Source: the human T2T-CHM13v2.0 reference genome, Homo sapiens
Strand: one strand, 5' to 3'
DNA length: 64,000 nucleotides
NCBI RefSeq assembly: GCF_009914755.1
Contig: NC_060931.1
Position numbers and translations under genes: made by a program
Notes under the pieces: generated by a model
What the model was told of the DNA's origin: nothing
Databases searched by the model: none
What the model saw: only the letters and a program-made list of their open reading frames with translations
Shown here: positions 18,636-31,110 of the stretch, one piece after another
How positions within the stretch are numbered: position 1 is the first letter of the stretch
How the letters are laid out: the number at the start of each line of letters is the position of its first letter

Positions 18636-19450
18636 AAGGCTGTAGTATTAAGAGCAACTCAATACCTAAAGAGTTAAAATCAAATTTCTCTAAAATGGTT
18701 TTTCTTCAAAAGAATTTTGTAAAAGCCCATAAATCACTTTCTGAATGAGTTTCCAGTCAAGATGGACTCTTTAGTAGCTTGATTTGCTCAGGAATGAAAA
18801 TCACAACGTGACAAAGTGAGAACTTCTTGAGGACGCCTCAATAATGAATGACTTTGAAAAATGCCCTACGTCTCAATTTATTTATAATGGAAATACCAAG
18901 CCTTCTCAAAGCTGTTTGTGTCTGCAAGACTGTATATGTACCAGTAAATAATTCAAACACAAAATCCCTCACTTTGATATCTAAAGGCAATGAGGGGCAC
19001 AGGTCAGGCTTCTGTCTTATTCTTCACATGGCAATGGATTTTTGTCCTCCAGAAATGTTGCTGATGTCCTGTGTCTCACCAGAAGGCCCTGTGTGAAATG
19101 ACTCAGGGTGTGATTCTCTCTTTATCATACTCTTTCCATTTTAAACATTTAATGTTTGATTTGAAGGGGAAAGAATTTCAAAGCCACTCCTTGTCTACTT
19201 GTACTTTTTCATGATTATCATATTATTTCTATGTACACCCTAGACTTTGTAGTATTCTTAATGGTTTGCATCATCACAAACCTTAAGGAAGGCTGGAACA
19301 CTTTCCAGACAGTGGTGCACGAAATGGCGGAGGATGTTGAAGCAGAGCATCCATGAGGCCTGCTTGGCTGGATGGGAAGGCTGGTACAGCAACACTCAGA
19401 GATGTAAGGTTTGTTCTTTCTCTTTAAGAGATTCCAAAGGACTTTCTGTT

Positions 19451-19821
19451 TGCTGTGGTTTAAACATCTCCTCCAAAACACATGTTGAAACTCAGTTGCC
19501 ATTGTGGGGTGTCAAGAGGTGGGGGCCTTTGGGAGGTGGTTGGGCCATAAGGACTCTGTCCTCATGAATGGATGATGTTTTTATCATGGGAGTGGGTTAG
19601 TTATTTTGGGATTTTGGCCCCCTTTTCATGTCTTGTCTTGTGCCCTCTGACTCTCTCTTGCCCTTCTGCCTTCTGCCCTTTTACTGTGAGATTACCCTTG
19701 CCAGATGTGGCACCATGCTCTTGAACTTCCCAGCCTCCAGCACGGTAAGAAATAAAATTATTTTCCTTATAAATTACTGTCTTTGGTATTCTGTTATAGC
19801 AACAGAAAAAAGACTAAGACA
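19451..19821 (+). mobile_element. MSTC/MSTD-like MaLR solo LTR
   Basis: tgctgtggtttaaac...ttctgttatagcaacagaaaaaagactaagaca; 5-bp TSD CTGTT. Confidence 0.82.
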
Positions 19822-19859
19822 CTGTTCTTTACTTAGAAACTTCCCTAAGTGTTACACGC

Positions 19860-20368
19860 TGTGATAATTTTGTCAATTTGAGTGAGACATGGGGTGCCTA
19901 GATATTAGGTCAAGTTTTATTCTGGGTGTGTCTGTGAGGGTGTTTCTAGATGAGATTAACATACAAGTGGGTAGACTGAGGAAAGCAGATTGCCCTTCCT
20001 AATGTGGTGTGTTTCATGCAATTAATTAAAGACCTGAATAGAACAAAAAAGCTGAGTAAGAGGAAACTTTGCCTGGCTTCTTGAGCTAAGACTTTGGTCT
20101 TCCCCTGCCTTCAGACTGGCACTTACACCACCAGCTCTCCTGCTTCTCAGGCACTTGGACTTGTACTGGAATTGTACCACCTGCTCTCCTGAGTCTTCAG
20201 CTTGCCGACTGAAGATCATGGAATTCTTAATCTTCATAATTGCATGAGCCAATTCCTTGTAATATGTATGTATGGATCTATAGCCTATTGTATTCATTCT
20301 GTTTCTCTGAAGAAACATCTTCCATCCTATTAGTTCTGTTTCTCTGGAGAACCCTGACTACAAATACA
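19860..20368 (+). mobile_element. MLT2 (C/D-like) ERVL LTR
   Basis: ttattctgggtgtgtctgtgagggtgtttc...gttctgtttctctggagaaccctgacta. Confidence 0.78.
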
Positions 20369-20567
20369 CTTGCATTGTGGGAAAGATTTGCAGCTTCTTT
20401 TTTGGCCTTATAGCAGCAAAGATTTGTTTATTATGGAAGATAGTACTTACAGTAGCAAAGACTAATATGAAACTAATCACTTCAGTGAGAGTCAGAAAAT
20501 AAAGTCTTTTACTAACCATTGAGTGAGACTGTAGGCATCTCACATCCTATAGACATCCAGATACCAT

Positions 20568-21094
20568 ATGTATAAGTTAATTTTTACTGCCTTTCAAACT
20601 ATCCCAAACATTAGTGGCTTAAAATAGCCATTGATTTGGCTTATGATTCGTGGGGTTGCCTGAGCAGTTCTTCTGGCCTGAGTCATCTCAACTGATTTTT
20701 ACTGTGCTCCCTCATAAATCATTTGGCAAGGCAGCTGGTACCAAATAATCCGGGCTGGCTTCATTCTCATGTCTGGCAATGGGATGTGGTTAGCCAGGCC
20801 CATAAGGGAAGCTGGTCCCAGCATCTCTTGTTATCCCGCAGGCTAGCCTAAGCTTCTTCACAGGGTGGTCCCAGCATTCCCAAGAGCAACAAGAACGAGC
20901 AGCCAATGGCCAAGCATTTGTACCACATTCGCTACTGTTCTTTTGGCCAAAGCAAGTTTCACGGTCAAGCCCAGATTCAAGGGGTAGAGAAATAGACTCC
21001 ACCTCTTAACTTGGAGGAGCTACAAAAGTCACTTTGCAAGGGTTGTGCATGCAGGGATGGGAAGAATTGGTAGCTGTGTTTGCAATCTAGCACA
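20568..21094 (-). mobile_element. Old MLT1 (F-J-like) MaLR LTR
   Basis: cccaaacattagtggcttaaaa...ggccaaagcaagt...caagcccagattcaagggg...gactccacctct. Confidence 0.65.
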
Positions 21095-23559
21095 CTGAAT
21101 CAGCCAACTTTACACTCATCTCCTTTAACTTTTCCTGTAACCTTGGAAGGTAGGCATTCGGGCTGGTTTGGATTAGATCTCAGGTCTGACTCTAAATGAG
21201 TCCTGTTAGCCCCTCTGAATGCTAGTTTGTGTCTTTTTAATTCTTTGGAGGCTTCAGAGTCTCAGCACTCCTCTCTGAGACAAGCATCCTGATCATTTCA
21301 TTCCAAGCACTTATCTGCACAGATGTCATTTCACTTAGGAGGAACCAAGTAGCAGATGCATTTGGCATAATCACCATAAAGATAACTTTGTGAGCAGTCA
21401 TCCATGTTTATAAAGCACACCACTATGTGCAGGAGATTTTTGGCAAGAAAGAGGGATATCCTTGTGGGAGAAAAGTAACTGAGGAAGTTTGGATACAAGG
21501 TATAAATAAAAGTTCTGTAAGGTGCCTAAAAGGTACAGTAGATCACAGAAAACAGAACCTCCTATTAACCTCATGGGAGAGCATCATCTGTGTGTAATAG
21601 ATGTCACGTAAGACCAGGAGTTATAAGGCTCCTGCCTTCCGCTCACTGTTGTCAGGACCTCTACCTGTGCCCATCTTTTCTTCCTTTGTTTTAACTCTCA
21701 TCTCTAGATTCTGCTTAGACATTTGACACAATTTCCTCCTTTTCCTCACTCATGTCCCTTTTCTTACAGGAAGGCAATACCCTCCTCCTTCTTCCGACTT
21801 GCTGTGAGCAGAGTTTATTTCTATATTATTAATACAGAAATACCAAGGCTACTCAAAGCTGTTTGTGTTTGCAAACTAGGACAGACTTCCCAGAGACTTC
21901 CTACAGCACAGCACAGCCAGCCTCCTCCCCTTTATCTCTACCACTTCCCCTTCCCAGAGTGCCCACTTCCTTCTCCTCTTTCAGGGTCTCACTCAAGTCT
22001 TACCTCTTCCCTAAAGCTCTTTAGCAACTCTCTCTTGGGACAGATTTGACCCCAACTGAGATTTTTCTCTTAACTCCCCTGGACTGGCTCGAGCATTGCA
22101 TTATCTGAGTCCAGGATTGAGCCCCGTCTGCCAACAGTGGTAAGGGGAAAGTGATGCCACTGCTGCCTCCAATTCAGTTCCTCCCTGAAGACCTGTAACA
22201 CAACTCCAGACCAATCAGGCAGAACCTATCTCCTCTTGTATACTTTTAACTTAATATGTTTGATGTAGGTGTCCTGCTGCTCCAACAATAATGCAAATCC
22301 CTTGAATAAAGAGACTACAACTTTAACTTTTTCTGTATCCCCAGTGCCTGAAACAGCCCTCTCTGTGTAGTAGGGCCTTATAGGTTGTATAACCAGTTGC
22401 TGATAATGATGACTTGGGTGTTACCTGTGCTTTATATCAGAGCCTGCATGACTTGCTTTTCCATAAAGCAGCACTGTTCCACACTTGTTCTTAACTAGAT
22501 TGTGTTGCTATTTTTGAAGTGTATGCGCTGTGGCAGGATTTCTTGAACCTTTCATGTAACTGTCTTCTATTTGCTCTTCTTCCTGTTTTTATTATTCAGT
22601 GCCACTGGGACCCTTTAGTTATTAAAACTTGTGTCTCTCAAGCACTTGTACCTTTTACCACCTCCTGTGATTATTTCTTCCTGAATTTCTCCTCGTCTTC
22701 TTTGATCTCCTGACTGTCCTAGGGTAACATTCTCAAGTCCTCATATCTTCATCCCCAAAAGATTTCACACAGTCCCTTCTGGTCATCATTTTAATCATTT
22801 TGATCTTAAGTCTTTGTGACTTCCCTGATGATATCCAGTTTTCTGTCTGCTAAGATAATCTGAGCTAGAAATTCTCAGTAATCCTTATCTAGTCCTGTGT
22901 TCAGATTTTATTCACAACGTGATGCTTGCAATTCCTTTGCAACAATTCTTCATTGGCTTAACTTTTTTTGCCTTAGTCTCTGAGCTTTTAAGATTATCTT
23001 TTCCTGGACTGCAATTTTTATCTTTGATCTCAACACCAGTATCTGATCTGGGTTATCTATTAGTGGGGCAACCTACAAAGCACCTTTGATATCTGCTAGG
23101 ATGGATATTATTTGGCTCAGTCAACTTCTGCCTAGACTTTATCGGATCTTATTAGCCCAATTACTTATGACAATTATAATCTGAATGTAGCTGATTCCTG
23201 CAAAGGTAACACATGCATTCCTCATCTGTTGTTGGCTTTTCCCAACTTTATAATCATGAGGCTCAAAGTGTTTGTCTAACATTTTAAAGGGCCCCTCTCC
23301 ATGGTACTGGGTCAGGGCTACAGGTGAAATTCTCATGGCTCCTAGGTTTTCCCTCCTTAGCCCATATGACAAATAAAACGACATGATTATTAGTGTAATT
23401 GTTTGCTTAATGTCTATATACCCATTAGGCTTTTATGAGATAATAAGCTTTCTTTTCTTCTTCCTAGAAAGGGATAAGAAACCATCAAAGGATAATGTTA
23501 ATTCATCAAATTATCTCAAATTTAAGGTTCTCCTCCATAAAGTTTTACTGAAGCAGTTG

Positions 23560-23800
23560 AGTAGAAGCACAGTGTTTTGATTAAGGATGTAGGCTGGGAA
23601 ACCAGACTTTGTATCTGAGTCCTAGCTTTGTCACTGTTTGACACAGTGGATTGAAGGGTTACATGACCTCTCTATGCCTATCCTTCCTCATCTATAATAT
23701 GGGAATAATAATATTAATCTGTAACTTGTAGGGTACCTATAGGGATTGAGTTTATATATGTAAAGCACTTAGTTGTCTGGCACTTAGCAATTACTCATAA
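23560..23800 (+). mobile_element. MIR
   Basis: tccttcctcatctataatatgggaataataat...tgtaaagcacttag. Confidence 0.65.
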
Positions 23801-24644
23801 ATATTAATATGGTTGTGTTTTAATTGTTATTATTATGTTAATACTAATGGTGCCTTCTATTGTCTATCTTCTCTCTTCATTTCAAGGTGTTCTGTAAAAA
23901 TTACAGTGTTCCATAAAAAATCACGGTGAGTTTGAAGTGCTGCCATCTCAACTTGTCTGAGAAGCACTGTTTGTCCTTGCACAAAAGGGGTGTAAGTATG
24001 TACAGGGGAAGGGGACACACATTCTTTGCCTTGCCCAAGGTCCACACTCCTGGAAAGGCATTCTTTCCAAATATAGGCAACAGAAGGTGCACCTGGCCTC
24101 TTCTTTCCATTCTGAATGAGGTTAGGTGCTGGCTCCAGACTGGGAGAACAACTCAGTTGCACACAGAAGAGTTTGAGGTAAGTAAGAGTTAATAATAACA
24201 CCAACACAAAGATACCATGAAGCTGAAGCTGGAGTCAGCACCCTCTTTCTGACTTAAGCTCTTTACCCCTTTGGTTCTCCCTCCAGGACAGCCTATCCTG
24301 GATGCCCTCTCAAAAAAGGCACTCTGAGAGTATCATCATGTCACTCCTCTACTTTCTCCTTCCTCTCACCCAAGGTGGCAAGGATCCAGGGCTATCACAA
24401 AAAGACCCTGCTCTCCGGAATGATCATATCCCACTGTCTTTGCCCACCTCACTTCATTCCCTGGTCCCAGAAACCTGAGATCTTCCTGCCTGCTCCAACA
24501 CATACACACACACGCACATGCACACACACCCCATTCTCACTCACTCACTCTCTCCCATTTTTAGTATCTCACCAGGGTCAGGTTCTCTATGCCTTGTGAT
24601 AAGTTCCTGAGAAACTAATTCATACTTTTGGAGAAAGAAGACTA

Positions 24645-24885
24645 TTAATGGTTAATTTCAGGGGCTTTGGAGCCAGGAAGACCTGAGTTGTAATGCCACT
24701 TTAGATACAAATTTTGTAACTGGGCAATTGCTTACCATCTTTGGGCCTCTTTCTTCTCCTTTGAAAATAGGGATGTCAATCCTCTTTCAGAGGGCCGTTG
24801 GAATAATTAAACGAGATATGTGTATAGCCCTTAGAACAGGCCTGGTTTACAGTAAGCAATGAATAAATGGAAGTGATTATTGATG
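24645..24885 (+). mobile_element. MIR
   Basis: ctttggagccaggaagacctgagtt...aattaaacgagata...cttagaacaggcctgg. Confidence 0.65.
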
Positions 24886-25862
24886 TTTTTGTACTAATGA
24901 GAAGAGTTTAGAATAAATATTTCCTCCCCTCACCTTCTCTCCCTCTGTCTAATTCTGTCTTCTCTGCCTGATAAAATAACTTGTTTTATGGATACAACGC
25001 CTTGTACTTTGATGCCCAGAATCCCAAAGTAGGGATTCTGTTAGTAAAAGTCCAGCCTAGTGAGCAGTTTGGTGAACTAGCAAGAGTAAAAATTGAGCAA
25101 CAAGAGGTCTAGACACTAATTCCTGCTCTGCTGCTAACAAGCCAGGCAATTTGGGGCAAGTCATTAGCCCCTGAAGGCTATAATTTCTTCTATAAAAAGA
25201 ATTGGGATAAGATGGACTTGTAGGTTCCTTCTGTTTTTTATATTTTATGGTTCTATATGAAAAGGTTTTTCTCTGAATGAATTCTTTTATTGATACTTAA
25301 AAAACCTTGGCTGATGTATTTTTTCTTCTGAGACCTCTTATTGCGTAGCTTTATCTTGCCTCATTTTTTTTCACACGCAAAAGGGGTAGTTGAAGGTGAA
25401 CTGTGGAGTTGATCATTCTAGGTTTGGATTTCAGTACCACCACTTGGCTTTTGGCCAGTTATTTAACCTCTCTGAGGCTCAGTGTTCTCATCTGTCTAAT
25501 GAGGATGGACAGAGGGTAGATGTGAAGATGAAAGGAGGCAGAATTCTTAGACTAACCTCAAAGGCTATAGTTTGATTGTCCTGTAGGACATTAACCAGTT
25601 TTGTCTATAACTTGGCAAACTTATTTCAGAATGTCTTTTCTCATGGACTCTGAATGCCTGATTACTATCTTCCTGATTTCTTCATTAATTAGTGAGTCTA
25701 ATAGAATCTTTCACATGTGCTTCATTCTATTTTTTATATAAGAATCCTGTTTTTAACTTTTTGAAAATTATTCTTTGACTGCCTTCAGACACTCTCCTCG
25801 ATAGACTGACATAGGCGAAACTCACTAGAAATGCTGATTAAGTTATTGAAAAAAAGAAAAAC

Positions 25863-26244
<382 letters not shown>

Positions 26245-27451
26245 CTACTTATTGGAAAAAGAAATAAGCAAAAAGCAAGATGAGCCTGGCAGAAAGAGAT
26301 ATTTTGCTTGTGGCCTTTACATTTATGACTAGCAAGATAATGAAGGAAGGTAATTCTGAAAGCTTTATGTCAGTTTTAACGGTCCCTCAAGCACTGAGAA
26401 AGATAATCGTCAATGGATGGTGTCCATAAGGATTTTTTCTCCTTCTCCCCTGACAGCCATTGACAGGATCATTTTGTATTTGCAACTGCTGTCATTGAAG
26501 CGTGCAGAAAAGGCCCTGTAAGGCCAGAAGGATGAGGGCTACTTCCCTGCAAGGATCTCTATTGTCATCACTATGGCAATAATAGTTACTATAATTTTCA
26601 TTCTGCTTTTCTATAGAGTGTCGACGTTGTGGAGCTTAAGGCTATGGGATTTGGGTCACATAAAATCACACTAGCATAAAATCATGTTTTGTTATCTTGA
26701 AAGAGTATTTTTTTTAACTGCAAAGAGAGCCTGTGCAACAAGATTAAAATAATTGCCAATGCAGGTCACTTGACTAATATAATTATTTATGGGATGCTAA
26801 TAGCTTTTCAGACGCTTTCAGATACAGTGTCAATTTGACAGCAGTTTTTTCTCTCTCTGTTTGGATTGTAAGACCACTGCCAGTTTTTCTCCCCAAGGAC
26901 AAGGCTTATCATTGGGGGGTGGGGGTGGGGAATGTAAATTAATTGGAAATCAGCTCTCAGGCGTCGTCTGGTAGTTTCTCTTTATTATCTGCAATTAAAT
27001 CATAAGGACAGGAACCATGCCTTCTATTTCACTTATATGCACCCTCATCTCCTAGCGTCGCGCTTTGCATAAATTTCAGTGGTACTAGCTTTCCTACAGA
27101 CTGCTTTAGAGACATTAGACACTTCTAAAGTACGACTCTGCGGAAAGAGCCCTTTGGGAATGAAGCGGCAACGGTGGCGCACCTGCGATCCTATCGTGGG
27201 ATGACAAAGCTCTAAGAGGGGTCTCAGGGTAGGGAGGAAACAGCTGGAGACAAAGAAAGGGGGTGTAGCGAAAAGAGGTGAAAACAGGAAAGATAAGCGA
27301 ACAGAACAGACCAAAGAGAGAAAAATAACAGAAGAGACTGAGAAAAAGAAAAGTCAAGTGGAGCGCCCACTGCCCCGCCTGCAGAAGGCGAGTACGCGCG
27401 GAGGAGACTACAGGCCCCAGAATCCTCCGCGGTTCCCCTTGCCTGGGGTCA

Positions 27452-27465
27452 GTCTCCTAGGCAAC
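27452..27465. promoter_or_regulatory. RFX X-box
   Basis: GTCTCC-TA-GGCAAC, a 14-bp imperfect palindrome with a perfect GGCAAC half-site, 13 nt before the ATG. Confidence 0.75.
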
Positions 27466-27470
27466 CCCGC

Positions 27471-27477
27471 TAAACAA
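27471..27477 (+). promoter_or_regulatory. Forkhead (FOXJ1-type) core motif TAAACAA
   Basis: Lies 5 nt downstream of the X-box and just before the ATG; short motif, supported mainly by context. Confidence 0.4.
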
Positions 27478-27478
27478 G

Positions 27479-27775
27479 ATGGCGACCTCCGAGAGGGCTC
27501 TCCTGAGGACCAGAGCTGCCTCTCTCCTGAGAGGCTTGGGCAGATCCCGAACTGGAGCCCGATCGTTACAGTTTCGCGCAGAAAAAGAGCGTCAGCCTTG
27601 CTGGTCTTTTCCCATGGGGCAGAAGACGAAAGGCAGCTCTAACATAGCCTCCTCCTACCTGCTCCAGCAGCTCATGCACCGCTATCAGGAGCTGGACTCG
27701 GACGGAGATGAGGACCAGGGCGAGGGCGAGGCGGGATCCGAGGAGTCCTCAGAGTCCGAAATGCTGAATTTGGAG
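27479..27775 (+). CDS. LRGUK: LRGUK coding exon 1 (aa 1-99, MATSERALLR...SEMLNLE)
   Basis: ATG in strong Kozak context (aagATGG) inside a CpG-rich region; 297 nt ending at donor GAG|gtgtgt, phase 0; N-terminus recognised as LRGUK; joins exon 2 in frame. Confidence 0.93.
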
Positions 27776-28642
27776 GTGTGTCTTCCCCCCCACCCCGTAC
27801 TCCCTGGCTCCCTCGTCCAGCCCTGTTACTTCAGCGGCAGCTCCCCGATGCACCCCCACCAGCCCGAAGCTTCCCACACCTTCTCAGGCTCTCTCGCCTC
27901 CAGGAACGCCTCTTCCCCCTCTTTTCTTCCCCTGTCTTTTACCCCGTTTTCTCACCCCCTGCCTGAAATAGCTCTAAATAGTTCCTTTCTTTTTTCATTA
28001 ACACATTTGATTTCTTATGAGTCGAGTTAACACAGCGTCACTTTGTAAGAGTGTCTAGATAATTGTCTGGGAATTATGGCTTTAGCTTTTTCAAAATTAT
28101 ACTTTGACAGTATTGTGAATAGGCAGAGTTCATCTCTGACATTGCCAGCACCTGTTGCCCATGGCTATGACATACTTCCACACTCTTCCTCAGTTCTAGT
28201 CCCGTCAGCCTCCCTCCAGGAAAAAAAAAAAAAAAAAATCCGCTTTTGAAAGTGCTTCTTCAAAGACTAAGTGACTTAAAAGTTGAATACATTACTTCTG
28301 TCGGGGGCATATGCCTTATACAAGCAACATGCACACACACCAGAAAAGAGCCTTATAATGTTCGAACAGCCAGCTCATTGTGGGAATATTTTAGGATGTG
28401 GGGAATGTTCCCATCATCCCACCCATATTGACTGGGATGGCGGCTTCGCGTTTCACATGACTGCCATTCCCTCCTTTCTACAATATCTCTTCTGACCACC
28501 ACACAATTCCTCTTCTTTCTTATGCTTATTATGGTCCTTTTCCTTTCTTAGTCCATTGTTGTCTTCTTGTCCTTTTCCACTTCTCATCACATCACTTCTT
28601 TTCTCTTGGCTTCTAATAAATTGCTTTCTTTCAAAAGCGTAA

Positions 28643-28959
<317 letters not shown>

Positions 28960-29149
28960 TAATTTGCTTCCTTTCTTTCAATACACTGTTAGGTTCTTCT
29001 CTTTGTCTTGGCTGCCAGGAAACTTAGATTCAATAGTTTTTCTTAATTTCAAAGTTTTCTTTAGGTTTTTTCTCCCCTTTCCTTTTCCTTGGCAGTATAA
29101 ATTGCGTGAAATTCTTTTCAGAAGTAAATATAATATAGAGAAGTAGAAT

Positions 29150-29607
29150 ATTTTCTTTTCTTTTTTCTTTCTTTCTCTTTCTTTCTTTCTCCTTCCTTCC
29201 TTCCTCCCTTCCTTCCTGCCTTCCCCTCCCTCCCTCTTTCCCTCCCTCCCTCCCTTCCTTCCTCTTTCTTTCTTTCTTTCGTTTTTTCTTCCTTCCTTCC
29301 TTCCTCCCTCCCTTCCTTCCTGCCTCCCCCTCTCTCCCTTCCTTCCTTTCCCTCCCTCCCTCTCTCTCTCCCTCCCTCCCTTCCTCCCTCCCTCCACTCT
29401 GTCTCTCTTTCTTTCTTTCCTTCTTTCTTTCTTCCCTCCCTCCCTTCCTCCCTCCCCTCTACTCTCTCCTTCCTGCCTTCCTTCCCCCCTTTCCTCCCCT
29501 CCCCTCCCCTTCCCTCCCTCCCCTCCCCACCCCTCCCTCCCTCCCCTCCCCTCCCTTCCGTCCCTCCCCTCCCCTCCTCTCCTCTTCTCTCCTCTTCTCT
29601 TTCTTTC
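29150..29607. repeat. Polypyrimidine low-complexity tract (CTTT/CCTT/CCCT) forming an expanded Alu tail
   Basis: About 455 bp almost purely C/T on the + strand, abutting the 3' end of a minus-strand Alu. Confidence 0.95.
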
Positions 29608-29889
29608 ACAGGGTCTTACTCTGTCACCCAGACTGGAATACAGTGGTACAGTCATGACTCACTGCAGTCTCGACCTCCTAGTCTCAAGTAATCCTCCTGC
29701 CTCAGCCTCCTGAGTAGCAGGGACTACAGGTGTACACCAAAGCACCTGGCTAGTTCTTGTAATTTTTGTAAGAGACGGGGGCCTTGCCATATTGCCTAGG
29801 CTGGTCTTGATCTCCTGGGCTCAAGAAATCAGGCCACCTCAACCTCCCTAAGTGCTGGTGTTACAGGCATGAGCCACTGTGCCCAGCCT
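29608..29889 (-). mobile_element. AluJ
   Basis: cagggtcttactctgtcaccca...tcctgggctcaag diagnostics; probable TSD atattttc. Confidence 0.88.
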
Positions 29890-30874
29890 AGGATATTTTC
29901 AGTGCTCTCATTCTGTGATATTCTTCTGGTTTCCCCTCTTTACATCTTTGCATCTATTCACAGTCACCTTTTCTCTTTGAGGCCAAACATATTTCTGTGT
30001 TATGCCTGTTCCCTTTCACCAACTCCTTTCCTCATTTGTCTTATTTCTTCTTATTCTCCCTTCTCTAACCTGCGGTGTCTTCTGTTACTCTGATTCTTCT
30101 ATTAACCACTTGGGTTCCCCTTCCTTTGTAATGTCCTTCTGTTCACTTTCAACATTTGGCCTGTTTCTTTTTTCCCTTCCTCATACCCCATTTTGTCTTT
30201 CCTCTTTTTTTACTTCCTTCTACATGAGCTAGTTCCCATTAGTTTTGCTTAAAGTTGACCATAGAAAGCTATTAATTATTCTATTCGTTATTACTTCTTT
30301 TGTCTTTTGTTGGTTTACTTTGCTATCTTTAACAGTGACTGTTGCAAAACTATAGCAGTGTTTTTGCAACTTTGAGATGTTTGTATGGTTTCCACCAGCT
30401 TCCCCCCCCACCCAGAGGAATTCACAAATGAACCACCAGTGTACTTTGTTATTCTAATTAACACATAGCTCTTTGGCTAGGGTTCATTAGCACCATTGTT
30501 AATCTGTCTTCAGTATGCCATTAACAAACCATAGAAGGGGTTGTCAAGAACTAGCTATTCCTTTTTGGCTTGTAAGACACATGTGGAACAGGTTCATTAT
30601 TTCTTCCATTTACATTCTAAATATTAATTTTGTGTTTTTATTCTATTTTGGCTTTTTAGTATTGCACACATATTAATATGCTAAATAAACTGAAACAAAG
30701 TTTTAAAAAGAAACATTTGGAAATTCATGTTCAGTGATTTATTATTCCCATCTTAGCCTGTTATTCTCAGTTTATTATTCCCAGTTTAGCACCTTTGCAA
30801 TGCTATCATGGTCACAATGATTACTGAGTGCCTTTAATGCAATTTGCCTTAAACCTCGGAAGCCCTTATGAAGT

Positions 30875-31110
30875 GAGGGAGGCAGTATGGACCACCTGTT
30901 CAAAACACTGCTGTTGGAATCAAAGATTTGTGTTTGAGGCTTGATTTAGCCTTTTGTTAGTTGTGAGATGTTGAGCAAATTACTTAACCTCTCTCATTCT
31001 TCATGTGGGAATTATAATAATACTTAAAGAATTGTGAGAATTAAATGAGATCCTATATGTTAAATGCTTATCATATATTTTGATACAGTTAATAATACAA
31101 ATAGTAACTT
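30875..31110 (+). mobile_element. MIR
   Basis: ttgagcaaattacttaacctctct...ttgtgagaattaaatgagat. Confidence 0.7.

Larger units (their letters stand above)
27050..27910. promoter_or_regulatory. CpG-rich promoter/exon-1 region of LRGUK (boundaries approximate)
   Basis: Visible CpG and GC enrichment (gcgtcgcgc, gtacgcgcgg, ccgcgg) in non-repeat DNA around the start codon, against an AT-rich CpG-poor background. Confidence 0.75.

Noticed and set aside
27776-28030. 183-aa ORF extending exon 1 as a stand-alone protein
   Set aside because: Codons after 27775 are intron read-through past the donor GAG|gtgtgt. The genomic A-run at about 28221-28238 could create oligo-dT artefact transcripts.
28978-29655. 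225-aa and 163-aa G/R/E/K-rich minus-strand ORFs
   Set aside because: Translation of the purine-rich simple repeat, which lacks stops by composition, plus Alu sequence.
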